64,000 nt of DNA from Candidatus Latescibacterota bacterium (lineage in GTDB: Bacteria > Latescibacterota > UBA2968 > UBA8231): contig OZ242214.1 of the NCBI GenBank assembly GCA_965206595.1, positions 3,008,001-3,072,000 of the forward strand. Direction: 5' to 3'. How positions within the stretch are numbered: position 1 is the first letter of the stretch; each line of letters opens with the position of its first letter. A program made the translations under genes and the position numbers. Below, piece by piece: positions 54,951-64,000 of the stretch. The notes beneath the pieces were generated by a model, which ran no database searches, was not told the origin of the DNA, and saw only the letters and a program-made list of their open reading frames with translations.

Positions 54951-55498
54951 CTGAGACCGGTCTCCTCCTTGAGCCGCTCCCGCGCGTCGTTTCCGCGCGG
55001 CATGTTCTGATCTTGGCACAGCCACCAGGGGAAGTAGACGTTGATCATGCCCACCCGGGGACCGTCGCTGCGGTTGGCCCCTCCGGTGTGCCAGAGCCGG
55101 TTGTCGAACAGCAGCACGCTGCCCGCGGCACCGGTCACCTGGGTCTCTCCGGGATGGGGGATCGGCAAGTCGAGGCCGGCGGTGCGGTTGGTCGGCGCCC
55201 GGTGCCGGGAAACTCGACAAACCCCTTCACGGAGCCCATCCGGAGGTAGGGCCGAACATTGCCCGCATGGGGGCGAGCAGGCGCTCGTGCGCCAGGTACG
55301 GGGCGAATCGCCTGGTCGTGGTTGATGCAGAAGGGGATGAACCGATTCGGTGTTGGTCCCCCAGGTCCGGCCGAGCCGCCTCGCCGCTGTCTCCTCGATG
55401 CTCTCCCGCACCTCGGTCACCTCGCCGGGGGGAATGATCCCCTCCAGCAGGGACCAGCCGTGCACCCGGTGCTGGAACAGTACTTCGTCGAGACTCAT
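54951..55498 (-). pseudogene. Degraded PhyH family dioxygenase, truncated at the R-M islet
   Basis: HGWSLLEGIIP, FAPYLAHERLL and GSVLLFDNRLWH...YFPWWL are spread over more than one frame; the HxD region is missing; similarity ends abruptly near 54951. Confidence 0.75.
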
Positions 55499-55692
55499 AT
55501 GTCGCAGGCGGCCATGGACTTCGAGGTAACGCGTTGGTTCGCAAGGGACCCGCCTTTTTCCAAACGGCCCGCCACATTCCAGGCAAAACAGTCCGGGAAC
55601 ATGGTTTACAATTCCGGCGGGCGGCTGTTATCGTATGCCCACCGCCGGCGCATCCGGTGCCGCACACCACACCCGAAACAGGAGCACGCATC

Positions 55693-56631
55693 GTGAAAGT
55701 CGCTGTCTGGGGCCGTGAGCTCGAGGACTCCTACCTGAAGTTCGTCTGCCAGATCGGAGCGGACGCCGTCGACGGGTTGCCCATACCCAACGAGCCGGGG
55801 AAGGGGTATTTCGATCTCGACGAGACCCTGAAGATCAAGAGGAAGATCGCATCCTGGGGAATGGAGATTAACCGCGTTTCCCTGCCCTACCTGTCGGAGA
55901 CCTACGTCGACGACGGCGACGGCGCCGAGGAGGAGCTGGAAAACTGCTGCCAGTCCCTGCGGGTGCTGGGGGAAGCGAAGCTGCCCCTGGGCCGGGTCGG
56001 TTTCGCCAGGGACGTGTACCCGTGGATGCGCAAGGACCACCGCGCCGTCCATCGCGGCGGCTACGTGTACCGCGGCGAGGGCGTTGAGGAAGGCACGGTC
56101 CCTCCCTCCGCCGAGGAGCAGGAGCGCTACTGGGGCCGGGTCTGCCACGCCTACGCAAAGCTCGTCCCCATAGCCGAGGAGTACGGCGTGCGGCTGATCA
56201 TGCATCCCTCCGATCCCCCGAGCCCGGACGCCCCCTTCGGCGGCCTCGGGTTCCACCGCCTGATCGACTCCTTCCCCAGCCCCAGCGTCGGCTACCTCTA
56301 CTGCTGCGGCACCCGCTGCCAGGCGGGCGGCCTGCCCCTGGTGCTCGACGAGATCCACAACTACGGCCGCAAGAACCGGATCTTCATGGTCCACTTCCGC
56401 AACGTCCGCGGCAGCATCGCCACGGCCAACGGCTTCGAGGAGGTGCTGCTCGACGACGGCGACATGAACATGTTCAAGGTCCTGCTCGAGCTGCGGCGCG
56501 TCGGCTTCGACGGCTGCCTGAACCCCGACCACTGCCCCGCCCTCGAAGGGGACGGTCCCGAGGCCACCCAGTCCCTGGCCTACGCGGTGGGCTACATCAA
56601 GGCTATGCTCGCGGCCCTGGCGGTGGTGTAG
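55693..56631 (+). CDS. uxuA: Mannonate dehydratase (UxuA family)
   Basis: GTG after AGGAG; LVPIAEEYGVRLIMHPSDPP, VHFRNVRG, EVLLDDGDMNM, PDH, AYAVGYIKAM. Confidence 0.82.
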   Translation: MKVAVWGRELEDSYLKFVCQIGADAVDGLPIPNEPGKGYFDLDETLKIKRKIASWGMEINRVSLPYLSETYVDDGDGAEEELENCCQSLRVLGEAKLPLGRVGFARDVYPWMRKDHRAVHRGGYVYRGEGVEEGTVPPSAEEQERYWGRVCHAYAKLVPIAEEYGVRLIMHPSDPPSPDAPFGGLGFHRLIDSFPSPSVGYLYCCGTRCQAGGLPLVLDEIHNYGRKNRIFMVHFRNVRGSIATANGFEEVLLDDGDMNMFKVLLELRRVGFDGCLNPDHCPALEGDGPEATQSLAYAVGYIKAMLAALAVV

Positions 56632-56709
56632 GGAGGATGAAGGGGGTGCGCGCCTGAAAACCGGAACCAGCAGTAGTTTTTCCCCGCATTCCACCCCAAG
56701 GAGGGTGCC

Positions 56710-58227
56710 GTGACTGCGACGACCATGACGGAACACGAGAACTACTACTTCGACGTGTGCGGCTACCTCATCGTCCGCAACGCCCTCTCCCACGTCGAGG
56801 TCGACACCTTCAACAAGGCCTTCGACGCCGCCGTCGACGGGTCGCTGCCGGCCGGCGCCCCGTACCGCTATCCCTTCCTGCAGCTGCGCGACCACCCGGT
56901 TCTCCGGCGCTACCTCTCGGAAATCCTCGGCGGGGAGTACTGCTGCGACGAAGGGCCGGAGTGGATCGGCGCCCCTGGGGCGGCGGCTGACGGCAGGCTA
57001 TCCGGCGGCGGCGAGTGGGTCGACTGGTCGCGCGCCTACCTGCACCGGGGAGGGGTCCGCCTCTGCCAGGGGGTGCGAGCCCTCTGGGCCCTGACCGATG
57101 TCGATCCGGGAGACGGAGGCTTCGTGCTAATCCCGGCCAGCCACAACTCGGAAGTCGAGGCCCCCGAAGACGTGCTCACCGGCGAAGACGACATGGGGCT
57201 GACCTTGCAGCCGGGCCTGCGGGCCGGGGACCTGCTGCTCTGCGCCCACTCGCTGGTGCACGGGGTGCGGCCCCGGAAGGGCTCCAGGCCGGCGCGGACC
57301 CTGGCCTGGACCTACGTCCACTCCCAGGTGCGGGCCCACGACTGGCGCGGCGGCAGCGAACCGGCGCGGGACTGGCTGCCGTCGCTGACCCCGGCGCAGC
57401 GGGCGGTGATGCACGACCCGGACCGCGACGGACTGCCGCCCCCGGTCCGGACCGACGGCGAGACCTCCCGTGTCGAGGAGGACGGCGACGAAATCCACCA
57501 CCCTTCGATCTACCTGCGCGACCCGGAAGCGGAGATCGACGACAAGGAGTTCTACCACTGGGACCTGTGCGGCCACCTGGTCGTCAAGGGGGTGATGGAC
57601 GCCGACTGGCTGGCCGCGGCCAACGAGGCGATCGACCGGAACGCCGACCTCGTCAACGCCGGCCCGAGCGACGCGGCGCGGGATTCGAAGCGCCTCGCCG
57701 GCAGACACGGCGCCTCGATGTCCGACCCCTGGCAGCTGCCCGAGCCGTACTGCGAGCCGTTCCGCCGCATGATCGCCCACCCGGCCCTGATCCGGAGGCT
57801 GAACTGGATCGTGGGCAGCGGCTTCGAGTGCCGCCAGTGCTCGCTGTTCGCCCACCGCAAGGGCGGGGTCGGCCACTACCTGCACAGCGGCACCGCAGAG
57901 CCCGGGGTCGGCAACCACTACCGTTTGCGGAACGGGCGCGCCTACTGCGAGCACCTCAACGTCGCCTGGCAGCTGCGCGACGTCACCGCCGCGGACGGCG
58001 GCTTCTGCTGCATTCCGGGCAGCCACAAGGGGCGCTACCCCCTGCCCGCGGGGATCGCCTCCTGCGACGACGACCCGATGCAGGTGGTGCGCCACGTCGG
58101 CATGGAGGCGGGGGACGTGCTGATCTTCCTCGCCGGGGCGCAGACCCACGGCGCCTTCCCCTGGCGCGGGGACGCCGACCGCAGGGCGGTCTTCTTCGCC
58201 TACCGGGGCCGCAACTTCAAGCGCTGA
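56710..58227 (+). CDS. Tandem two-domain PhyH family protein
   Basis: Two units: YFDVCGYLIV...GGFVLIPASH...LVHG and HWDLCGHLVV...GGFCCIPGSH...QTHG. Confidence 0.88.
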   Translation: MTATTMTEHENYYFDVCGYLIVRNALSHVEVDTFNKAFDAAVDGSLPAGAPYRYPFLQLRDHPVLRRYLSEILGGEYCCDEGPEWIGAPGAAADGRLSGGGEWVDWSRAYLHRGGVRLCQGVRALWALTDVDPGDGGFVLIPASHNSEVEAPEDVLTGEDDMGLTLQPGLRAGDLLLCAHSLVHGVRPRKGSRPARTLAWTYVHSQVRAHDWRGGSEPARDWLPSLTPAQRAVMHDPDRDGLPPPVRTDGETSRVEEDGDEIHHPSIYLRDPEAEIDDKEFYHWDLCGHLVVKGVMDADWLAAANEAIDRNADLVNAGPSDAARDSKRLAGRHGASMSDPWQLPEPYCEPFRRMIAHPALIRRLNWIVGSGFECRQCSLFAHRKGGVGHYLHSGTAEPGVGNHYRLRNGRAYCEHLNVAWQLRDVTAADGGFCCIPGSHKGRYPLPAGIASCDDDPMQVVRHVGMEAGDVLIFLAGAQTHGAFPWRGDADRRAVFFAYRGRNFKR

Positions 58228-58276
58228 GCGGGTTGCTTCCGGGCCGCCGGAAGACTCCCCCTGTCCGGGATCGCGG

Positions 58277-58678
58277 CTACTTGCGCGCGTCGCGCGACAT
58301 CACGTGAGAACAGGTGAGGATGCGGCTGTCCGCGGTTACCACAGTGAGGTCGTGGACTCTCGCCGTGGCGACCAGGATGCGGTCGGCGGGATCCCGATGG
58401 AACTCGCCGGGCAGGTCGTACGCCCCCGCGGCTATCTCGTGGGTAAGGGAAATCGTTTCCGCAAGCAGCGCCTGCAGCGACTCCGAGATCCATGTCTGCA
58501 GCCGCCCCGCCAGAGTCAGCCGCCCCGCCCAGGCGAGCTGGGCGAGTTCCAGCGACGACACCGGGGAAACGAAGAGGCTGTTTTCCTCCGCAGCGAGGGC
58601 ACTCCTCGTACCGGGGCCCAGAGTTTCGGGTGACTCCTGGGTCCAGACCCACACATGGGTATCCAGCAGGAAGTTCAA
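58277..58678 (-). CDS. vapC: VapC/PIN-domain toxin
   Basis: FLLDTHVWVW, VSPVSSLEL, HRDPADRILVATA, VTAD; TTG overlaps the antitoxin TGA. Confidence 0.92.
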   Translation of the reverse strand: MNFLLDTHVWVWTQESPETLGPGTRSALAAEENSLFVSPVSSLELAQLAWAGRLTLAGRLQTWISESLQALLAETISLTHEIAAGAYDLPGEFHRDPADRILVATARVHDLTVVTADSRILTCSHVMSRDARK

Positions 58679-58908
58679 CCTTCCCACTCCCAGTGGTCGG
58701 AGAAGTCGCAGTGGACGATGTCGCCGTGAATGGTCATGCGCCCGCGCAGGCTCCCCAGCTGCCGCTTGCGTGGAGTCTCCCGATAGGGATCGACCGTCGC
58801 GATGGGACGCTTCCGCAAAGTGACGACGAGGGATTCCCCCGTATCGTGAACGGTCTTCAGCTCTTCGATGCACTTCGCCTTGAACTCGGAGATACCCATG
58901 GTCTTCAT
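58675..58908 (-). CDS. Phd/YefM family antitoxin
   Basis: MKTMGISEFKAKC...GESLVVTLRKRPIA; upstream of and coupled to vapC. Confidence 0.9.
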   Translation of the reverse strand: MKTMGISEFKAKCIEELKTVHDTGESLVVTLRKRPIATVDPYRETPRKRQLGSLRGRMTIHGDIVHCDFSDHWEWEG

Positions 58909-58958
58909 GGTCGGCTTTCCTTCCACCGGAACGGATTTTTGTATTCGAACATCAGGGA

Positions 58959-58987
58959 ATTTACACCTGGTCAAATGACCAGGTCAA
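58959..58987 (-). promoter_or_regulatory. Toxin-antitoxin promoter/operator palindrome
   Basis: acctggtca-aa-tgaccaggt (58965-58984) plus an overlapping tgacc-a-ggtca; on the minus strand TTGACC-18 nt-TAAATT brackets it. Confidence 0.7.
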
Positions 58988-59017
58988 TTACGGGCCTAGT
59001 GCTTGCGCGCCCAGGCA

Positions 59018-60154
59018 CTATAGCCCCTCCACGGTTCCCTCGATAAGGAGGTCGACCACGGCCCGGAGGGCCTCCTCCCGCGGCTTACCGGACTGCAGCG
59101 CCCTCCGGTAAGCCTCCCTCTGCAGGTGCGAGCTGGTCCCCCGCTGGAGGATCCTGCGCGCGTGTTCCACCTCGGCGACGCACTCGAACTGTTCGGCGTC
59201 TTCGCGGACGAGGTCGAGGAGCTCGTCGATCAGCTGCGCATACCCCACGATCTCGCCGCGGCCGAAGTCGACCATGCCTTCGTCGAGGCCGTAGCGCTGC
59301 GCCCGCCAGCGGTTCTCCTCGACCAGGAACGAAGGGTAGATCCGCCAGCGCTGGTTGTCGCGGCGGAGCCTGAAGAGCAGGCGGCAGATGCAGCGGAACA
59401 GGGCTGCGCAGCAGAGCGCATCCTCCAGCTTCGTGCAGACATCGGTGATGCGCATTTCGACCGTGGGGAAACGGGCGCTAGGGCGCACGTCCCACCACAG
59501 CTTCGTCGCGTCCTCGATCAGGCCGGCCGAGACCATCAGGCCGACCGTGCGCCTGAATTCCCCGTAGCTCTCGAAGCGTTCGGGCAGGCCCGTGCGCGGC
59601 AGCTCGTCGAAAACGCAGAGGCGGTACGACTGCAGGCCGGTCTCGGTCCCCTCCCAGAACGGCGAAGAGGTGCTCAGCGCCAAGAGGTGCGGGAGGAAGT
59701 AGGATACCTGGTTGAGGATGTCGATCCGCAGGTCTTCGTCCTCGATGCCGACGTGGACGTGCATCCCGCAGATGAGCAGCCGCTGCGCGACGACCTGGAG
59801 ATCCTTGTGCAGGATTTCGTAGCGCGGCTTGTCGGTGTGCTTCTGGTCCCGCCACCGGGCGAAGGGATGGGTGGAGGCGGCGATCGGGGCGAGTCCGTGA
59901 CCGCCGGCGATCCCGGCCACGGTGCCCCGCAGGTGCTTGAGTTCCTCCGCCACCTCCCGGATCGATCCGCAGACGGAGGTCCCGATCTCGATCTGGGGAC
60001 GCAGGAACTCCGGGCTGAAGTGCCCGGGAAGCCGGGCCTCGAACTCCTCGATCAACCCCTGGGGCAATTCGCCGACCAGGTTCCGGGAACTCCGGTCGAC
60101 CAGCAGGTACTCCTCTTCGACGCCGATGCTGAAGCTCGGCTCCCGCAGGGACAT
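59018..60154 (-). CDS. ybdK: Carboxylate-amine ligase, YbdK/GCS2 family
   Basis: IGVEEEY, ICGMHVHVG, LALSTSSPFW, WWDVRPS, VEMRITD, ENRWRAQRYG. Confidence 0.9.
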   Translation of the reverse strand: MSLREPSFSIGVEEEYLLVDRSSRNLVGELPQGLIEEFEARLPGHFSPEFLRPQIEIGTSVCGSIREVAEELKHLRGTVAGIAGGHGLAPIAASTHPFARWRDQKHTDKPRYEILHKDLQVVAQRLLICGMHVHVGIEDEDLRIDILNQVSYFLPHLLALSTSSPFWEGTETGLQSYRLCVFDELPRTGLPERFESYGEFRRTVGLMVSAGLIEDATKLWWDVRPSARFPTVEMRITDVCTKLEDALCCAALFRCICRLLFRLRRDNQRWRIYPSFLVEENRWRAQRYGLDEGMVDFGRGEIVGYAQLIDELLDLVREDAEQFECVAEVEHARRILQRGTSSHLQREAYRRALQSGKPREEALRAVVDLLIEGTVEGL

Positions 60155-60191
60155 CAGCGCACCTCCCTGTTCATGCTGCAGCCGGCAGGCC

Positions 60192-60986
60192 CTAGAACTC
60201 GACGGTCTCCTCCGGCTCGAGCACGATCGCCTCGACCTCCGGGGCGTGTGTTTTCAGCGCCTCGAGGAAAGCATCCGGGTTCGGGTCCATGGTGTCGAAG
60301 ACGCCGTAGTGGGCCGGGATGACGTACCTCGGGTTGATCATGCCGACGGCGTACCCGGCGCTGTCCCCGCCGACCGTGAAGCCGCCGCCGCAGATGTTGA
60401 GGATCGCCAGGTCCGGCTTGTAGTAGTCGCCGATCACCAGCTTGAGGTCGGAGCAGAGGCCGGTGTCGGAGGAGATGTAGACCTTGAAGCCGTTCTCGAA
60501 CTCGACGACGAAGCCGATCGGGTCGCCGACGTCGTGGCCCTTGGGGCGGCCGTCGTCGAGCAGGACGATCTCCGAGGAGGTGTGCTCGCAGTGGACGCCG
60601 GAAACCGAGATGCCGTCGATCGGCGGCAGCGGCCCGCGGTTCATCCCCCAGCCGTTGTTGCAGAAGTTCTCCAGCCCGGTGTGCTCGCGGATGTAGACCG
60701 CGGTCTCCACCGGCGTCAGGATGATCGGGTCGAAGCGCTCGGAGAGGGCGGCGATGTCGCCGAGGTTGAGGTGATCGAAGTGGGCGTGGGTCTGCAGGAT
60801 GATGTCGACGTTGCCGAAGGCGCCGACGTCCTGCTTGTACTTGTCCGGCACCGCGGGGTTGCCGTCGGGGAAGAAGTCGTTGCCGGTGAGCCAGGGATCG
60901 ATCAGCAGCACCTTGCCCTGCGGCGAGGTCAGCTTGAGGGTGGCGAAGCCGATCATCTGCACCTGAACTTTTCCGTTGCCAGCCAT
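60192..60986 (-). CDS. Metallo-beta-lactamase-fold metal-dependent hydrolase
   Basis: AAGGAG RBS; LLIDPWL, THAHFDH, SDTG, IPAHY. Confidence 0.88.
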   Translation of the reverse strand: MAGNGKVQVQMIGFATLKLTSPQGKVLLIDPWLTGNDFFPDGNPAVPDKYKQDVGAFGNVDIILQTHAHFDHLNLGDIAALSERFDPIILTPVETAVYIREHTGLENFCNNGWGMNRGPLPPIDGISVSGVHCEHTSSEIVLLDDGRPKGHDVGDPIGFVVEFENGFKVYISSDTGLCSDLKLVIGDYYKPDLAILNICGGGFTVGGDSAGYAVGMINPRYVIPAHYGVFDTMDPNPDAFLEALKTHAPEVEAIVLEPEETVEF

Positions 60987-61412
60987 GGCGTGTCTCCTTG
61001 CGAAATGTGATGGTCTGTCAATCCTGTCCGCCGTGAGGTAAACAACTGCCATTCACCTCCCGGCGCTACCGCGGCGCGGGCTCTTCCCCGCGCTCGCGGG
61101 GGGCGGGAACCTTCCCTGAGGTGAAGGTGGTCAACACCCTCGCCAACCACATGAGAAGCTGCCCGACCGGGCACGTGCTTCCGGGGCAGCGGCCTCCTCG
61201 GACCGGTGGAGCTGCAGTTCCTGCGCCGGGTCGAGCTGAGGGCACCGCGCAGGTAACCTGCCCTGCGGGAACGGCATGAGGCGTTAGGACAGGGAGGGTC
61301 CTTTGATGTAATTCAGTCGGTCCTGCAAACTGCTACCGGGGGTAGCAACCCGGTCGTCCCGAGCCCGGGCGCGGTGTCCTGGGACAAGGCAGCGCATAAA
61401 GGGATTCGCAAC

Positions 61413-64000
61413 ATGTACCGGAACTGGTTGTTCGGAGCAGTCGCCGCAAGCGCCCTCCTGTCGGCAGGCGCTATGGCAGATGAAGACTTCCTCGGCGGCA
61501 ACGGCGGTTTCGAGCTGGGGAATTTCAGCTCCTGGACAATCGTCAGCGGCCAGGGGTGGGATGTCGTCGAGTTCGATCATCCCGGCAAGAGCGGACGCTT
61601 CTACGCCACGACCTGCAACGAGATATGGCCTGGCAACGGCGGCTGCAAGAACGGCAACGGCGAGCGCGACACCGGCGTGCTATCCTCCAAGGTCTTCACC
61701 GCTCCAGGGGGATTCCTCGAGTTCAGGATCTCCGGGTTCAACGGCCCCTCCTGCGACAACAACCTCAGCCAGATCTCGCTGAGACGAGCTTCCAACCACG
61801 AGGAGCTTCGGGAAGCCCTGCTTCCCTGCCAGAACCCCTTCAAGCTGCACCGCTGGAGCCTCGAAGACCTCGCCGGGGTGGAGGTCTATGTCCGGGTAGA
61901 GGACGCCGATGCCCAGTCCGGGTGGGCGTGGATCGCAGTGGACGGATTCCGCTTGACGAGCGAACCGACCGACAGCCTCGCCCCTGCCGCCTCGGACAGC
62001 GCGCTCTCTCTTGCCGATCTCTCGACAGGCGAGATCACCTTCACCTCACGCCCGGCCGGCAGTCATACGATCAATACCATCGACGGAAGCGGGGTGAGGC
62101 GGGCAGTCCCCCACGTGGTCTGGAAACTCTGGAACCCCTCCTGGTCGCCCGACGGACGGACGCTGGCCGCGGTTTCGAATCGCTACACCTCGAACCAGGA
62201 GATATACCTGTTCCATTTCGATTCTGACGGCCGCACCGCCGGGCACCGGGCCCTGACGAACCATCCCGGGTCGGACTACCAGCCTGCATGGTCCCCGGAC
62301 GGCCGCCAGATCGCCTTCATTTCGGATCGCACCGGAGAGGGGGACCTGTACCTGGTTTCCGCCGAGGGGGGCGATCCGCTTCAGCTGACTCAGGGAGCGC
62401 CGGCCTCGCATCCCAGCTGGTCGCCGGACGGCCTGCGCATCGCCTTCTCCAAGGAAGGGGACATCCGCTCCGTCGATCCCATATCGGGAGCCGTCTCCGT
62501 CCTCTCCGATGCCCCGGAGTGGGAGGGGTATCCCGCGTGGTCTCCCGGTGGGGGCCGGATCGCGTACTCCGCCGACGGGGAGCTCGCGGTCCTCGACCTG
62601 GGGCAGGGAACCGCCCGCCGGATCACTCGAGGCTTCTCTCACGTATCGGACCCGTCCTGGTCGCCGGACCAGGGGTATATCGCCTTTGCCTCGAGCCGCG
62701 AGGGCGCTCCGGATATCTATCTGGTAGAAATCGCCTCGGAACGCATGGCGCGGATCACCCATGCCCGCGACACCTGGGGTAACCGGGACCCCGTCTGGTA
62801 TCCCGGAGCAATGGCCGTTCCCACCCCCCCACCAGTGAAGGTGCCGCCACCCCCCGGGAGCCGCACGGAAGTCGAGGCGACCATCCTGGGCGACGGGGCC
62901 GCGGGCCTGACCCTCGAGTTTTCACGCGCCATCTCCGGCCGCCCCGCCGACTACGCGTGGAGGGCGGTCACCGACTCGGCTGGCCGGGTGGATCTCACTA
63001 TTTCCAGCGCCGACCGGGTAACCGGCTTCTACCGCGCCCGCGCCCGCAACACAGGGGGAGAGGTGGTGGCCAGTTGGTTCAGCATTCCCCTGAACGAAGG
63101 GCGCCGCCAGGTTTTGGAGCTGACTCTGGGAGGCGGGGTACGGGTGGTGGCGGTTGAACGGCTCAAGCCCGCGAGAGAAGAGGTGCCGCGGAAGCAGCCC
63201 GGGTTGATTGCCCACTACCGCTTCGATGGAGACGCCCGCGACGCCAGCGGCAACGAGTATCACGGAACCATGCTGGGGCCCGTGCCCACCCGGGACCGCT
63301 TCGGCAAGGAAGACGGCGCCGTTCTCTTCAACGCGGCCGACCACCGGATCGACCTTCCGCACCAGGTGCTCGACGGCCTGTTCGACGTCACCGTCTCCTT
63401 CTGGCTGAAGACCTCCAAGTCCGGAGCGCAAGCCATCGTCAGCGGCGCCAACCGGAGCAACGACAACGAGCACATCGTCTTTTTCATCAGCGAAAGCCGG
63501 TTCCGCTTCTACTCGCATGGCAGGTTCGGACAAGGCCAGCCCTGGTGTGACGTCGACATCGAGCCGATCGACGACGGCGCCTGGCATCACTTCGCCGTGG
63601 TCCGCAATACCTCGGAGGGCAACGTCGACTTCTTCGTCGACGGCGTCGGCTATACCGATCAATGCGGGTACCTGGAGTACGGAAAGCTCGTCATTGATGC
63701 CGGAGGGCTCATCCTCGGCCAGGACCAGGACCGGTTGGGCGGGGGGTTCGACTCCAGCCAGGTTCTCAGGGGCATTCTGGACGACCTCAGGATTTACGCC
63801 AGGACGCTGTCGGCCGCCGAGGTGCAGGCGCTCTTGGGGGAGGAAAACTCACCCGCCGCGGGCGGGCAGGTGACGGCTCTTTCCATACCGGCCTCAGGCG
63901 GCCTTGAGCCCAGCTTTCCCAACCCCTTCAACAGCTCCACGCAGGTCCCCTACCGCCTGGCCGGCCCAGGAATGGTGCGGCTGGAGATCTACAACGTCCT
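61413..64000 (+). CDS. Secreted multidomain protein, 3' partial: N-terminal beta-sandwich + TolB-like (PD40) propeller + LamG/pentraxin domain + start of a FlgD/CTD tail
   Basis: Absent from the ORF track because it has no stop in the window. My translation from ATG 61413: signal peptide, NGGFELG, repeated PxWSP(D/G), LIAHYRFDGDARDASGN, WHHFAVV, GGLILGQDQDRLGGGFD, then FPNPFNSST in the same frame at 63918. Confidence 0.88.
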   Translation, partial: MYRNWLFGAVAASALLSAGAMADEDFLGGNGGFELGNFSSWTIVSGQGWDVVEFDHPGKSGRFYATTCNEIWPGNGGCKNGNGERDTGVLSSKVFTAPGGFLEFRISGFNGPSCDNNLSQISLRRASNHEELREALLPCQNPFKLHRWSLEDLAGVEVYVRVEDADAQSGWAWIAVDGFRLTSEPTDSLAPAASDSALSLADLSTGEITFTSRPAGSHTINTIDGSGVRRAVPHVVWKLWNPSWSPDGRTLAAVSNRYTSNQEIYLFHFDSDGRTAGHRALTNHPGSDYQPAWSPDGRQIAFISDRTGEGDLYLVSAEGGDPLQLTQGAPASHPSWSPDGLRIAFSKEGDIRSVDPISGAVSVLSDAPEWEGYPAWSPGGGRIAYSADGELAVLDLGQGTARRITRGFSHVSDPSWSPDQGYIAFASSREGAPDIYLVEIASERMARITHARDTWGNRDPVWYPGAMAVPTPPPVKVPPPPGSRTEVEATILGDGAAGLTLEFSRAISGRPADYAWRAVTDSAGRVDLTISSADRVTGFYRARARNTGGEVVASWFSIPLNEGRRQVLELTLGGGVRVVAVERLKPAREEVPRKQPGLIAHYRFDGDARDASGNEYHGTMLGPVPTRDRFGKEDGAVLFNAADHRIDLPHQVLDGLFDVTVSFWLKTSKSGAQAIVSGANRSNDNEHIVFFISESRFRFYSHGRFGQGQPWCDVDIEPIDDGAWHHFAVVRNTSEGNVDFFVDGVGYTDQCGYLEYGKLVIDAGGLILGQDQDRLGGGFDSSQVLRGILDDLRIYARTLSAAEVQALLGEENSPAAGGQVTALSIPASGGLEPSFPNPFNSSTQVPYRLAGPGMVRLEIYNV

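Noticed and set aside
61030-61400. Riboswitch/ncRNA or gene remnant in the divergent intergenic region
   Set aside because: No recognisable RNA-family consensus, and the coding-like patches are too fragmentary to assign.

Overview
GC-rich bacterial DNA with no rRNA, tRNA, CRISPR array, integrase, transposase or reverse transcriptase that I can support. (1) 1-16.4 kb: a co-oriented cluster of large secreted repeat proteins (LRR, WD40, metzincin protease, bacterial Ig, a 47-aa propeller repeat). Four end in the same FlgD-Ig/T9SS-CTD-like tail (PNPFN...TRKLTLLR), three of them with a paired EF-hand module before it. A fifth, partial member (TolB-like + pentraxin/LamG) runs off the right end of the window. 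(2) 16.5-40 kb: outer-membrane proteins, ppk2, typA, a sulfatase, an enolase-family enzyme, a GH95-like hydrolase, PhyH dioxygenases, an orphan solute-binding lipoprotein and a flotillin/NfeD pair. (3) 40-44 kb: a patchwork of gene remnants around an AAA/DUF4143-type ATPase with a perfect 19-bp inverted repeat upstream, followed by a second sulfatase and idnD. (4) 46.6-55 kb: a defence islet (type III R-M plus a HEPN protein) that abuts a truncated PhyH pseudogene. (5) uxuA, a tandem PhyH protein with an HxG motif, a Phd/VapC toxin-antitoxin pair, YbdK and an MBL hydrolase. The expansion of eukaryote-like repeats, PhyH genes and sulfatases suggests a marine-sponge symbiont of the FCB group (Latescibacterota/Gemmatimonadota-like); this is inference. 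The best candidate for an undescribed system is a recombination-diversified repertoire of secreted LRR/WD40 binding proteins built on a shared export cassette. All family calls come from reading motifs by eye, not from database searches.
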